Origin: Firmicutes bacterium UBA2598
GTDB lineage: Bacteria; Bacillota; PH28-bin88
Direction: 5' to 3'
Assembly (NCBI GenBank): GCA_002339345.1
Contig: DDKM01000032.1
Coordinates: forward strand, 79,259 to 142,558
DNA length: 63,300 bases
In this document: positions 36,288 through 45,385 of the stretch, one piece after another
How positions within the stretch are numbered: position 1 is the stretch's first letter
Layout of the letters: each line of letters opens with the position of its first letter
Program-made: the position numbers and the translations under genes
The notes under the pieces: generated by a model
The model's input: only the letters and a program-made list of their open reading frames with translations
The model's database searches: none
Told to the model about the DNA's origin: nothing

Positions 36288-36434
36288 CTAGTACCGGAAG
36301 TCAAACAAGAACAGGACCAGCAGGAAAATCAACAGGATCCGGCTACCGCCAAATATCCCGCCAAATCCGGGGCCGTAACCGGGACCGCAACCAGGTCCAT
36401 AACCGGGCCCAAAACCTTGTACTTCAGGCATCAT
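36288..36434 (-). CDS. YjcZ-like tiny Gly-rich membrane protein (48 aa), not in the ORF track
   Basis: AAGGAG SD lies 5 nt before the ATGATG start. Translates to MMPEVQGFGPGYGPGCGPGYGPGFGGIFGGSRILLIFLLVLFLFDFRY. A Gly/Tyr/Pro-rich head plus a single hydrophobic tail matches the 'tiny TM' sporulation protein family of bacilli. Confidence 0.65.
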   Translation of the reverse strand: MMPEVQGFGPGYGPGCGPGYGPGFGGIFGGSRILLIFLLVLFLFDFRY

Positions 36435-36530
36435 TTTTTCTCCTTTCCATAAAAAGTTTCCCGCACTATCACGATATGGAAAAGAGCCGGTTATGTTACT
36501 GAACGGCCAGCCCCTTTGAAATTTTAATTC

Positions 36531-37211
36531 TTACAGCAATATCCGCCGGCCGCAAAAGCGGAGCCCGTTAAAAACCTGAACCGCCTTTTCCGGCACCCGG
36601 CAGCCTATCCTGGCCACCAGCATATTAGCTGGGTGATCACAAATTTCCGGGTCATCGGTATCCACAGGATTCATGCCTACCCGTTCAAAAAACCGCTGCA
36701 TCATCTTGCGATAGCCCCAGACGGACATCCCGGTGCCCTTCAAATCCCAGTGCCAGCAATACTCACAACCGATAATAATGTAGTCCTCCACCCAGTCCCC
36801 AAAGGCCACCTCCAGTAACGCGGAGCCGGTGCCACACCGGCGCCAGCCAAGGCTGACCTCAATGGCTCCCAGTTCCAAGATCTCCGGCCTTCCGGACTTC
36901 CCCCACCGTTCAAAGGGTTCCGGGTAGTGAAAGGTAATATACGCTACGATCCGCCCACCGTTGCGGGCCACAAACACCCGGCCGTCGGCGGAGTCGGCGA
37001 TTTCCCGCAAAGCCTGTTTTTGTTTGGCAGGCGGACGAAAGATATGTAAACCTTCATCCATTTCCAAGCGATCCAGTTCGGCAGGTGTAACCGGACCCCA
37101 TACCATCAGGGGACCTTGTTCGGTAACCAATACCTTGGCCCTGCCACAGGTAACCAGGGGGTATTCGGTTTTTTCCGCCATCCGGCTGGTCAACATAACC
37201 ATGCCCTCCAC
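36531..37211 (-). CDS. acuA: Acetoin utilisation protein AcuA (GNAT protein acetyltransferase)
   Basis: Collinear with B. subtilis AcuA (FRPP..Q..AL..IA, ELGAIEV, EYCWHWDLKG, DHPANMLVARIG). Confidence 0.88.
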   Translation of the reverse strand: MEGMVMLTSRMAEKTEYPLVTCGRAKVLVTEQGPLMVWGPVTPAELDRLEMDEGLHIFRPPAKQKQALREIADSADGRVFVARNGGRIVAYITFHYPEPFERWGKSGRPEILELGAIEVSLGWRRCGTGSALLEVAFGDWVEDYIIIGCEYCWHWDLKGTGMSVWGYRKMMQRFFERVGMNPVDTDDPEICDHPANMLVARIGCRVPEKAVQVFNGLRFCGRRILL

Positions 37212-37306
37212 TAATCGGTATTCCCTATTCCATTATAGAGGGCAGGCTGATCTTGTGCAATAGTTCACAAAGAAGATTAAATCTTAACACTTTTTCAACT
37301 TTTGTG

Positions 37307-38494
37307 TTAATAGCCCCAAAGACCACCTCTCGCTGCCGGAAAAACGGTATACATCAGCAGGTGGTTCTGGCAGAGCCGGTTCAAAGTGGCCGTGTTTTTG
37401 TCCGAAATCTCCGCCCGGCGGGGAATGGGGGGATCCTCCTCGATGTTCCCTGTAAAGACTAAGGGTAATTTCTCCGGACTTCTGGACTGCCAGCGATTCA
37501 GCCACCGCTGTGGGATGGAAGAAGGAAGCTGCCTGTCTGCCATTTCCGCCCACAGCATCGCCCATGCCACGGGCACTACCCGCCAGATGTCATACCCACC
37601 GCCGCCCAATGCCACCCACCTGCCACCGGCAAACTGGTGAGCCAGGCGGTGCACCAACCTCGGTATCTCACGGTAGGATCGCCCGGTGAGGGCCAGGTGG
37701 GTCAGGGGATCCAGGCGGTGGCCGTCACAGCCATGCTGGCTGATAATGAGGTCTGGCCGGAAAGCCCGCAATACCTGCGGCAAAACGGCATCCATCACCT
37801 CCAGAAGGGAATCATCCTCGGTAAAGGGTTCCAGGGGAAAGTTCAGGCAATAGCCCAGCCCGTCCCCCTTGCCCATTTCCCCAACACTGCCGGTACCGGG
37901 AAAAAGATAACGGCCATCCTCATGGAAGGAAATGGTCAGCACATCGGGGTCATCGTAAAAAATGGCCTGCACCCCGTCCCCGTGATGGGCATCGGTATCG
38001 ATATAGGCCACCCGGATTCCATAGCGACGCTGGAGCCAGGCGATGGCCACCGCCGCATCATTATAAATGCAAAAACCGGAAGCCCGGCCACGATGGGCAT
38101 GGTGCAACCCTCCAGCCATATTCAGGGCATGTTCCGCCTTGCCCTCCATTACCAATTCCGCCGCCACAAGGGTGGCCCCAGTAATGAGGGCGGCGGCTTC
38201 ATGCATATGGGGAAAAACCGGGTTATCATCGGTACCCAGACCATACCGCTCCAAACCAGGAACCGGTTCCACACCCGCACCGGCTTGCTGGACAGCCCTT
38301 AGATAATCCTCACTATGTACGGCTAGCAGTTCCGCCATGGTGGCCGGCCTGGGATGCACCATCTGGTGCTTTTCCAGCAGGCCCGCATCCTGCAACAGTT
38401 CCAGCCACAACTGCAGGCGCAAGGGGTTGAAGGGATGTTCCGGACCAAAGCGGTAATTAAAAAAATCCTCCGTAAAAACACACAAGCTGTTCAT
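37307..38494 (-). CDS. acuC: Acetoin utilisation protein AcuC (class I HDAC-type deacetylase)
   Basis: Shows the HDAC motifs (GGLHHA, DTDAHHGDG). Start reset to ATG 38494, which forms an ATGA overlap with the acuB stop. Confidence 0.9.
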   Translation of the reverse strand: MNSLCVFTEDFFNYRFGPEHPFNPLRLQLWLELLQDAGLLEKHQMVHPRPATMAELLAVHSEDYLRAVQQAGAGVEPVPGLERYGLGTDDNPVFPHMHEAAALITGATLVAAELVMEGKAEHALNMAGGLHHAHRGRASGFCIYNDAAVAIAWLQRRYGIRVAYIDTDAHHGDGVQAIFYDDPDVLTISFHEDGRYLFPGTGSVGEMGKGDGLGYCLNFPLEPFTEDDSLLEVMDAVLPQVLRAFRPDLIISQHGCDGHRLDPLTHLALTGRSYREIPRLVHRLAHQFAGGRWVALGGGGYDIWRVVPVAWAMLWAEMADRQLPSSIPQRWLNRWQSRSPEKLPLVFTGNIEEDPPIPRRAEISDKNTATLNRLCQNHLLMYTVFPAARGGLWGY

Positions 38495-39138
38495 AGGCCC
38501 TCCTCCGGCAGCACCGGCCACAACACCTGGTAACCGGCAGCGGCAATATCCCGGGCCACTCCCAAAGGATGGATGGTCTGTACCCGGATGACCAGCACCC
38601 GCCTGTCCTCCTCCCTGGCCGGAGCGATCAGCACACCCAGGATATTAACTCCCCGCGCCCGAATGATTCCAGCTACATCCGCCAGGGTTCCCGGCCGGTG
38701 GGGAATGGCCACCCGGAGGGTTGAACCTGGTTCAGTGCCCCCCATCATTTCCACCAGGGTATGCAGCAAATCACGCTCGGTGATCAAACCGACCAGTTTG
38801 CCCTCACTAACCACCGGCAGGCAACCGATGTGATGCTGGTACATCAGTCTGGCCGCTTCGTCCATGGTATCCAGGGGGTGAACAGTGATTACATCTGTCT
38901 TCATAATCCGGCTGACAGGGGTTTTCTCCAGCACGTCGGGATTGGACGGGCAGAGCACCGAAGGGGAAACATCCCGCAAATCCCGGTCGGACACAATCCC
39001 AAGCAGGGTCTCCCCCTCCACAACCGGCAGGTGCCTGATCCGGTTCGCCTTGGCCACCGTCAGGGCAGCCAACACCGTATCGTGCAAGCCAATGGTGATC
39101 AGTTCCCTTTGCATCATTTCCTCCACCAGCATCCTCAA
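38491..39138 (-). CDS. acuB: AcuB (CBS pair + ACT domain)
   Basis: Two CBS motifs followed by an ACT-like C-terminus. Operon order here is acuB-acuC-acuA. Confidence 0.85.
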   Translation of the reverse strand: MRMLVEEMMQRELITIGLHDTVLAALTVAKANRIRHLPVVEGETLLGIVSDRDLRDVSPSVLCPSNPDVLEKTPVSRIMKTDVITVHPLDTMDEAARLMYQHHIGCLPVVSEGKLVGLITERDLLHTLVEMMGGTEPGSTLRVAIPHRPGTLADVAGIIRARGVNILGVLIAPAREEDRRVLVIRVQTIHPLGVARDIAAAGYQVLWPVLPEEGL

Positions 39139-39376
39139 ACACCCCCTACCCCTTTTGGCTTGGCCGTAATCAGCAAATGACAGTATTTATTCTATTCTTG
39201 GCAGTACCACCTATTTCCTGCCGGTACAGCACTGCCATTGCCCGGCGGTCTGTTGCAAACAGCCGCCATGCCTCTTTCGGAATAAAAATAATTACTAAAT
39301 AATAAATCCTCAACAGGAGGAACGCCGACTGGTTGTGTCGAATGATGGGGGGGAAAATGCACAGGAGGATTTTTGC

Positions 39377-40090
39377 ATGGGTGATGCTATTTTCCCGCAG
39401 CGTAACGGTTTCCTGGGTGTAGGCCTGGTGGCGCCCTGTGGTGTAATCACCCCCACCCAACTCCTTGGCCTGGGTCAACTGGCGGTGAATCTGGAGGCTA
39501 CCGCATGCAAGATGACCACCCGCCAAACCCTGGTACTGATCATCCCGGAAAACAGGCTGGCAGACCTGCAAAGGGGCATCGCCGAACTGGGGCTGAAAAT
39601 GGGCAGGTTTGGCGAAATTGTGCGCAACGTAAAGGCCTGTGCCGGCGGCCCGGATTTTTGCATGCGGGCCCAGGGCAACGCCTTTGGCCTGGGAGCCCGG
39701 TTGCAGGAAGTGTTCATGGACCAGCCGGTGCCGCGGGACTTCAAGATGTCGGTGGCCGGTTGTTTCCGGGGCTGCACCGACCCATGGTGCGCAGACCTGG
39801 GCGCGGTGGCCACCGGGGAAGACCGCTTCACAGTTTACCTGGGTGGCCGGGGCGGCAGCAGAAAACCCCTCCATGGCCAACGGGTGGCCACGGACCTGAC
39901 CGCCCAGGGAGTGGAAAGACTGGCGGATCACGTATTGCAAAGATACAGGAACCTCGGCTTACCGGGTGAAAGGCTGTGTCACACCATGGCCCGGGTCGGT
40001 CTGGCAGAGCTTCTGCCGCTACCGGAAGCGATGGCCGCCTGGTCCGCACCGGCGGAGGATGACTTTATGGCTTTTATCGGCCAATCATAA
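39377..40090 (+). CDS. Short nitrite/sulfite-reductase-domain protein (ferredoxin-like half domain + 4Fe-4S/siroheme-type Cys motif)
   Basis: Shows VITPTQLLGLGQLA..., a CAGGPDFC ... GCFRGC Cys pattern, and only ~237 aa. Start at ATG 39377, 8 nt after an AGGAGG SD. Confidence 0.7.
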   Translation: MGDAIFPQRNGFLGVGLVAPCGVITPTQLLGLGQLAVNLEATACKMTTRQTLVLIIPENRLADLQRGIAELGLKMGRFGEIVRNVKACAGGPDFCMRAQGNAFGLGARLQEVFMDQPVPRDFKMSVAGCFRGCTDPWCADLGAVATGEDRFTVYLGGRGGSRKPLHGQRVATDLTAQGVERLADHVLQRYRNLGLPGERLCHTMARVGLAELLPLPEAMAAWSAPAEDDFMAFIGQS

Positions 40091-40104
40091 AAGGGGGATG
40101 CACG

Positions 40105-40551
40105 GTGAGTGTAACCAGTGTTAATTTCCAGCCCATCCGGGCGGCTGTGGACCAGTGCTGCAAAACCGAGGAGGAATGCGGCAGCTGTGAAAAGGGCAAA
40201 TGCCTGATCGGGTTTGCCCAGATGGCCATCGATTATGCCGTCCAGAAGAGAACCTACCGTATTCCCAAAGGTAACCAGTTGGTGCCGCAAAATGACACCC
40301 GGGTTTACTACCAAAATAACCTGGCCCATGCACTGGCAGAAATCCTGTGCCAGTGCCAGAGCTGCCAGGACAGTCACGATGAGGAGTGTGTGATCAACGT
40401 CACCCGGCTGGCCCTGGAACTGGCTCTGCTGGGCGATAACCTACTTTTTACCGGGTCGGCTTTACAGTACCTCATGGCGGTCAGCCGCACCCACCCGGAA
40501 CACGGTAACCAGATGTTGGAGCTATACAAGCACAAGCGGAACCTGGCATAG
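40105..40551 (+). CDS. Cys-rich hypothetical protein (148 aa)
   Basis: GTG start after an AAGGGGGA SD, 14 nt downstream of the previous stop. Cys clusters are CCKTEEECGSCEKGKC and CQCQSCQDSHDEEC. No family recognised. Confidence 0.55.
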   Translation: MSVTSVNFQPIRAAVDQCCKTEEECGSCEKGKCLIGFAQMAIDYAVQKRTYRIPKGNQLVPQNDTRVYYQNNLAHALAEILCQCQSCQDSHDEECVINVTRLALELALLGDNLLFTGSALQYLMAVSRTHPEHGNQMLELYKHKRNLA

Positions 40552-40670
40552 CCACACCCCAGCGGGTAACCACGGGCAGTTCCCCTGTCCTGTAATCAAT
40601 TCAATTGCCGAAATTGCCCAGGTTGCTGTCCATCAATTTTGATGGTCTGACCATAGACGTTCCCCAAGGG

Positions 40671-40702
40671 GGGTTGCCGTAACCAGCAACCCTTTTATTT
40701 TT
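40671..40702 (+). terminator. Intrinsic terminator
   Basis: Hairpin GGGTTGC-CGTAACCA-GCAACCC followed by TTTTATTTTTT. Confidence 0.55.
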
Positions 40703-40781
40703 TCTACCCCTTCTGCACGCTTTACCAAACCCCCCTCTTTTCCCCCCTCCGTTTCCCGCCACACCCTTTTCGCCTTTGAGG

Positions 40782-40811
40782 TTGACATGGGGGATTATCC
40801 CTCTCTATAAT
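40782..40811 (+). promoter_or_regulatory. Sigma-A-type promoter of the imuB-like/dnaE2 cassette
   Basis: TTGACA (40782-40787), an 18-nt spacer, then TATAAT (40806-40811). Confidence 0.6.
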
Positions 40812-40817
40812 TATAAT

Positions 40818-40831
40818 CGAACATTTGTTCG
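40818..40831. promoter_or_regulatory. LexA operator (Gram-positive SOS/Cheo box)
   Basis: CGAACATTTGTTCG is a perfect palindrome matching the CGAAC-N4-GTTCG consensus. It lies 6 nt downstream of the -10 hexamer. Confidence 0.8.
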
Positions 40832-40849
40832 ATAGGAGATGGCCAATGG

Positions 40850-41944
40850 ATGTGGATCGCCTACCTTTCAACACCCAGACATCCCCAACGGGAGGGGGTG
40901 CTGGCCGCCTGTACCAGGGCTACCCACCTGGTGGAGCCCGCCGGGCCAAACGGGGTTTTTTTGGGCTTCCCCGGCAAGCAGGTACCAGCCGGACCCGCCC
41001 GGGTACTGGCGGAAAACCTGGCCCCCTTCCGTTCATCCTTCATCATGGGCCTGGGATCCAGTAAGCTGTGCGCCAGGGTCATCACCGCCGCCATGGAGGG
41101 GAAGGACCCGGCCTTGCCGCAAAAAATGCTGCACATCCATCCCTGCCCCCCGGGCCAAATAGTGGTATTGCCGCCGGAAAACACCCCATGGGTTCTGGCC
41201 CCCCTCTCCATCAATTACCTGACCTGCCTGCAGCCCCAAACCCGGCGGCGGCTGGCGCTCCTTGGCCTGACCACCTTTGGCCACATTGCGGCCATACCGG
41301 CGGAAAGGATGGGCCAGCAGTTTGGTCCGGAAGGTCTAATCATCCATCGCCTGGTCCGGGGTATCGATCTTGACCCGGTGCGTCCCCTCTACCCTCCCCG
41401 GTGGTTGTTCTGCCGGCTGCCCCTGCCGGACATCACCGGCCGGCGGGGGCTCAGGCCAGCCATGTCCCATATGGCGCAAGACATGGCAGCCCGGCTAGCC
41501 TGCCATAACCTGGCGGCAGGACGTCTGGTAGTCCGCCTGTCCTTTGCTGGCGCTCCTCCTGCGGGACGGGAGCGGCGTTTCAGCCAACCCCAGACGGAAA
41601 TTCCCGCCCTGCTGGGTGCCCTGGAAATCCTTTTACCGCCCATCACCGCCCCCATCACCGCCATCAGTGCCGGGTTAACGGACCTGATCCCGGTCCCCCG
41701 CCGCCAGCTGGCCCTTTTTACGGCCAGGCGGGACGGTTTTGTCGGTATCGACAATGTTGCCCATCTTCCTTTAGTCGGGCTGAAGGAGCGCTACCCCCAC
41801 CTGCAGTGGGGAAAGGATCTGCCGGTTACCCGGCGGGAAAAAATACTGGCCCGTCTCGATCCCTACCGTCCTGCAGTAACCGACAACGCCCCAGCCCAGC
41901 CTGCCGGGAAGGGAGGGTTCTCCTTTGACCAGACTGGTCAATAA
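40850..41944 (+). CDS. ImuB-like Y-family polymerase homolog (N-terminal palm reduced, probably non-catalytic)
   Basis: Y-family thumb/HhH and little-finger-like region (PLSINYLTCLQPQTRRRLALLGLTTFGHIAAIPAERMGQQFGPEG..LVRGID..PV). It sits directly upstream of dnaE2 behind a LexA box. Confidence 0.65.
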   Translation: MWIAYLSTPRHPQREGVLAACTRATHLVEPAGPNGVFLGFPGKQVPAGPARVLAENLAPFRSSFIMGLGSSKLCARVITAAMEGKDPALPQKMLHIHPCPPGQIVVLPPENTPWVLAPLSINYLTCLQPQTRRRLALLGLTTFGHIAAIPAERMGQQFGPEGLIIHRLVRGIDLDPVRPLYPPRWLFCRLPLPDITGRRGLRPAMSHMAQDMAARLACHNLAAGRLVVRLSFAGAPPAGRERRFSQPQTEIPALLGALEILLPPITAPITAISAGLTDLIPVPRRQLALFTARRDGFVGIDNVAHLPLVGLKERYPHLQWGKDLPVTRREKILARLDPYRPAVTDNAPAQPAGKGGFSFDQTGQ

Positions 41945-42230
41945 GCCGGTATGGGTGGAGACGGACGGTTGCAACAGGCCCCTGGCCTTTCACCGTTACG
42001 GCCAGCGGATCAGGATTTCCCTCCTGGAGGAGTGGCGGGATACCGGGGCGTGGTGGAAAGGGGAACCGGAAAAGGTGTTTTACCGGGTCCAGTCGGAGGA
42101 TGGCGGCCTTTTTGAACTGTATTACGAACAAACCCTCCCACCGGAATGCGGTGGGCAACATCCAGGCCGCCCTTCACCCATCAGGCTGCACCCTGCGGGA
42201 AGGTGGTTCCTTTATCGCATTTACGATTAG
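41925..42230 (+). CDS. Small conserved-looking protein between the imuB-like gene and dnaE2 (101 aa)
   Basis: TTG start 7 nt after a GGGAGGG SD, overlapping the imuB-like 3' end by 20 nt. It contains EEWRDTGAWWKGEPEKVFYRVQSEDGGLFELYY and ends WFLYRIYD, 13 nt before the dnaE2 start. Confidence 0.6.
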   Translation: MTRLVNKPVWVETDGCNRPLAFHRYGQRIRISLLEEWRDTGAWWKGEPEKVFYRVQSEDGGLFELYYEQTLPPECGGQHPGRPSPIRLHPAGRWFLYRIYD

Positions 42231-42243
42231 CTTTCAGGAAGGG

Positions 42244-45200
42244 ATGATATCCATCGTGTTTGTCCACCTGCATGTCCATTCACCCTTTTCCTTCCTGGAC
42301 GGCGCGAGCACCATCCATTCCCTGGTAACCAAGGCGGCGGAAATGGGCATGCCTGCCCTGGCCATCACCGATCACCATAACCTGAGCGGGGCTGTCAAGT
42401 TCCAAAAGGCCTGCCGGCAGGCGGGGATCAAACCCTTGCTGGGGGCGGAGGTTACCACCGAGGGAGGCTACCACCTGGTGCTGCTGGCTCAAAACCCGTC
42501 CGGCTATGCCAACCTTTGCCGCCTTTTGACCCGCGCCCACCTGGATCACCCACGGGGTAAACCCATGGTCACCATAGCTTCCCTGTGCCGGTACCGGGAG
42601 CACCTGGTGGCCATGTCCGGCTGCCGCCGGGGGGAAATCCCGTCCTTGATTATGCAAAGGCGGTACCAGAGTGCCCGCCGGGCGGCGGAAACTTACCGTT
42701 CCATCTTTGGCCGGAACTTTTACCTGGAATTGTCCCCGCCGTCACTGCCCGGCGACCTGTACCTGAACCGGCGGCTGGCGGAGCTAGGGGAAACCCTGGC
42801 GATCCCCCTGGTTGTCACCAACAATGTCCATTTTACCTCCCGCCAGGAGTTCCCCTACCACGATCTTCTGACCTGTGTACGCACCCTCAGCCGCCTGGAT
42901 GAGGCTCACCCGGAACGGCGGTTAAACGGAGAAAACTTCTTGAAATCCCCGGCAGAAATGGCCAAAGGACTGGCGGATTACCCCCAGGCCCTGGCCAACA
43001 CCCTGGCGGTGGCGGAAAAGTGTGTTGCCGCCCTGCCGGAAGGGCAGCCACTGCACCCCCGGTTCCCCCTCCCGCCGGGTGTTACTCCCACAGGTTACCT
43101 GTACCGTTTGGTGATGGAAGGAGCCAGCCAGCGTTACACCAGCCTGAACCCCGCGGTCAAGGCCCGTTTGGAGCACGAATTACATATCATCAATACCCTC
43201 GGGTTTACCGATTATTTCCTGCTGGTATGGGACGTGGCCCGTCACGCCCGGGAACAGCGCATCCGCTACGCCGGCCGGGGCTCTGCGGCGGATTCGGCGG
43301 TAGCCTATTGCCTGTACATCACCGATGTGGATCCCATCGCCCGCCGCCTGCTGTTCGAGCGGTTCATGAGCCTGGAAAGGGCGGAAAAACCGGATATTGA
43401 CATCGACTTCGACGCCCGCTACCGGGACCGGATGGCGGCATACCTCTATAAAAAATACGGGGAGGACTGTGTGGCCAGTGTGGCCACCTATAACACCTAC
43501 CAGGCCCGGGGGGCGGTGCGGGACATGGGCAAGGCCATGGGACTGCCCGGTGATATTATCGGCCGGCTGGCCAAACTGCTGCCATCCCACCTCCACGCCG
43601 ACCGTATTGAACACATGATGGCCTGTTTGCCGGAACTGCAGACCAATCCCCTGCCGCCCGGCAGGGATTACCGCATGCTGCTGCAGGCCTGTGCGGCGCT
43701 GGCAGGTTTTCCCCGCTTTCTGGGTACACACCTGGGCGGCCTGGTGGTGGCCGGAAAGCCCCTGGCAACCATCACCCCCTTGCAGATGGCCGCCAAGGGG
43801 GTGGTGGTCACCCAGTTTGACAAGGATGATGTGGAGGATCTGGGCCTCATCAAACTGGACCTGCTGTCCCTGCGCACCATGTCGGCGGTGGATGATGCAG
43901 TGGAAACCATTTGCCTGCGCAATCCCGGTTTTAATTATGACAGCATTCCGGAAAATGACCCGGACACCTTTGCCTTGTTGAGCAGTGGCCATACCATCGG
44001 GGTGTTCCAGTTGGAAAGCCCGGCCCAGCGGGCGTTACAGGCAAGGCTGGGCGCATCCGATATGGAAGATGTCATCGCCAGCCTGGGATTAATCCGCCCC
44101 GGCCCCATCAAAGGAAACATGGTGGAACCCTATATTGCCCGCCGCCACGGCAAGGAACCCATCAGCTACATCCATCCCCTGCTGGAGCCGATCCTGGCCA
44201 AAACTTACGGGGTGGTGCTGTTCCAGGAACAGGTGATTGAAATCGCCACCGTCATCGCCGGTTTTACCCCCGGGGAGGCGGACCGCTTGCGGCGGGTGAT
44301 GACCAGTGCCCGCTCCCACCGGGAGATGGCGGAGATCGGCGAACACTTCATCCAGAAGGCCATCGGCCGGGGTATCCCGCCGGACATTGCCGCCACCGTC
44401 TTTTCCTATATCCAGAGCTATGCCAGTTACGGTTTTTGTGAGGCCCATGCCGCTGCCTTCGCCGGCACCGCCTATAAAACCGCCTATTTGCTTGCCCATC
44501 ACCCGGCGGAATACTATGCCGCCCTGCTCAGTCACCAGCCCATGGGCTACTACCCTCCCAACACCCTGGCCATGGAAGCCAGGCGGCGGGGGATTCCCCT
44601 CCTACCACCTGATGTTAACCGGAGCGGGAGGGATTTTGTGGTGGAAGGGAGGGGCATCCGCACTTCCCTGACCCAGATCAAGGGTCTCAGCCAGTCCTCC
44701 CTCCGTTCCATTCTGGCTGCCCGGTCGGAGCGTCCCTTTTCCTCCCTGGCGGATCTGTACCACCGCACCATCGCCAGCCGGGATGAACTGGAAAACCTGA
44801 TCCGCTGCGGCGCCCTGGATAACCTCAATTCCAACCGGCGGGAACTATTATGGCAGCTGGGGTATCTCTGCCATGGCGAAAAAAAACGGCTCACCGGAGT
44901 CCGCGACTCCGCCGAACCGTTTTGGGACTGCCCACCAGAATTCGGCCGCACACCGGTACCGGACTTCACCCCCGCCCAGAAACGGGCGGAGGAATACCAC
45001 CTGCTGGGTCTGGACCTGCACCAGCACCTGGCAGGCCGCCTGCGGCCGTGGCTGGACCGCCGGAAGTACCTGTCCAGCAGGGAGGTGGCCGCCCTGCCGG
45101 ACGGCGCCCCTGCCAAAACTGCCGGTACCGTACTGCGGCCCCACCGCCCCCCCACCCGCAGCGGGCGGGTGGTGGTGTTCCTTTCTCTGGAGGATGAGTT

Positions 45201-45360
45201 TGGCCTGGTGGATGTTACGGTGTTTGAGAATATATACCACAGATACGGCCGGTTTATCTTCGACCGGCAAAGTCCCCTCCTGGGGGTGAAGGGCATTGTC
45301 TCCCGCCGGGGCAAGGGAGTCAGCCTCCTGGCCCGGCAGATCTGGCCGGTTCAGGGGTAA
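42244..45360 (+). CDS. dnaE2: Error-prone DNA polymerase III alpha-type subunit DnaE2
   Basis: PHP domain HLHVHSPFSFLDGAS, pol III alpha core and an OB-fold C-terminus, about 1038 aa. Start reset to ATG 42244, after AGGAAGGG. The track's upstream extension overlaps the small ORF. Confidence 0.92.
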   Translation: MISIVFVHLHVHSPFSFLDGASTIHSLVTKAAEMGMPALAITDHHNLSGAVKFQKACRQAGIKPLLGAEVTTEGGYHLVLLAQNPSGYANLCRLLTRAHLDHPRGKPMVTIASLCRYREHLVAMSGCRRGEIPSLIMQRRYQSARRAAETYRSIFGRNFYLELSPPSLPGDLYLNRRLAELGETLAIPLVVTNNVHFTSRQEFPYHDLLTCVRTLSRLDEAHPERRLNGENFLKSPAEMAKGLADYPQALANTLAVAEKCVAALPEGQPLHPRFPLPPGVTPTGYLYRLVMEGASQRYTSLNPAVKARLEHELHIINTLGFTDYFLLVWDVARHAREQRIRYAGRGSAADSAVAYCLYITDVDPIARRLLFERFMSLERAEKPDIDIDFDARYRDRMAAYLYKKYGEDCVASVATYNTYQARGAVRDMGKAMGLPGDIIGRLAKLLPSHLHADRIEHMMACLPELQTNPLPPGRDYRMLLQACAALAGFPRFLGTHLGGLVVAGKPLATITPLQMAAKGVVVTQFDKDDVEDLGLIKLDLLSLRTMSAVDDAVETICLRNPGFNYDSIPENDPDTFALLSSGHTIGVFQLESPAQRALQARLGASDMEDVIASLGLIRPGPIKGNMVEPYIARRHGKEPISYIHPLLEPILAKTYGVVLFQEQVIEIATVIAGFTPGEADRLRRVMTSARSHREMAEIGEHFIQKAIGRGIPPDIAATVFSYIQSYASYGFCEAHAAAFAGTAYKTAYLLAHHPAEYYAALLSHQPMGYYPPNTLAMEARRRGIPLLPPDVNRSGRDFVVEGRGIRTSLTQIKGLSQSSLRSILAARSERPFSSLADLYHRTIASRDELENLIRCGALDNLNSNRRELLWQLGYLCHGEKKRLTGVRDSAEPFWDCPPEFGRTPVPDFTPAQKRAEEYHLLGLDLHQHLAGRLRPWLDRRKYLSSREVAALPDGAPAKTAGTVLRPHRPPTRSGRVVVFLSLEDEFGLVDVTVFENIYHRYGRFIFDRQSPLLGVKGIVSRRGKGVSLLARQIWPVQG

Positions 45361-45385
45361 ATCCACCTGTTAACAAACCGCCGGG

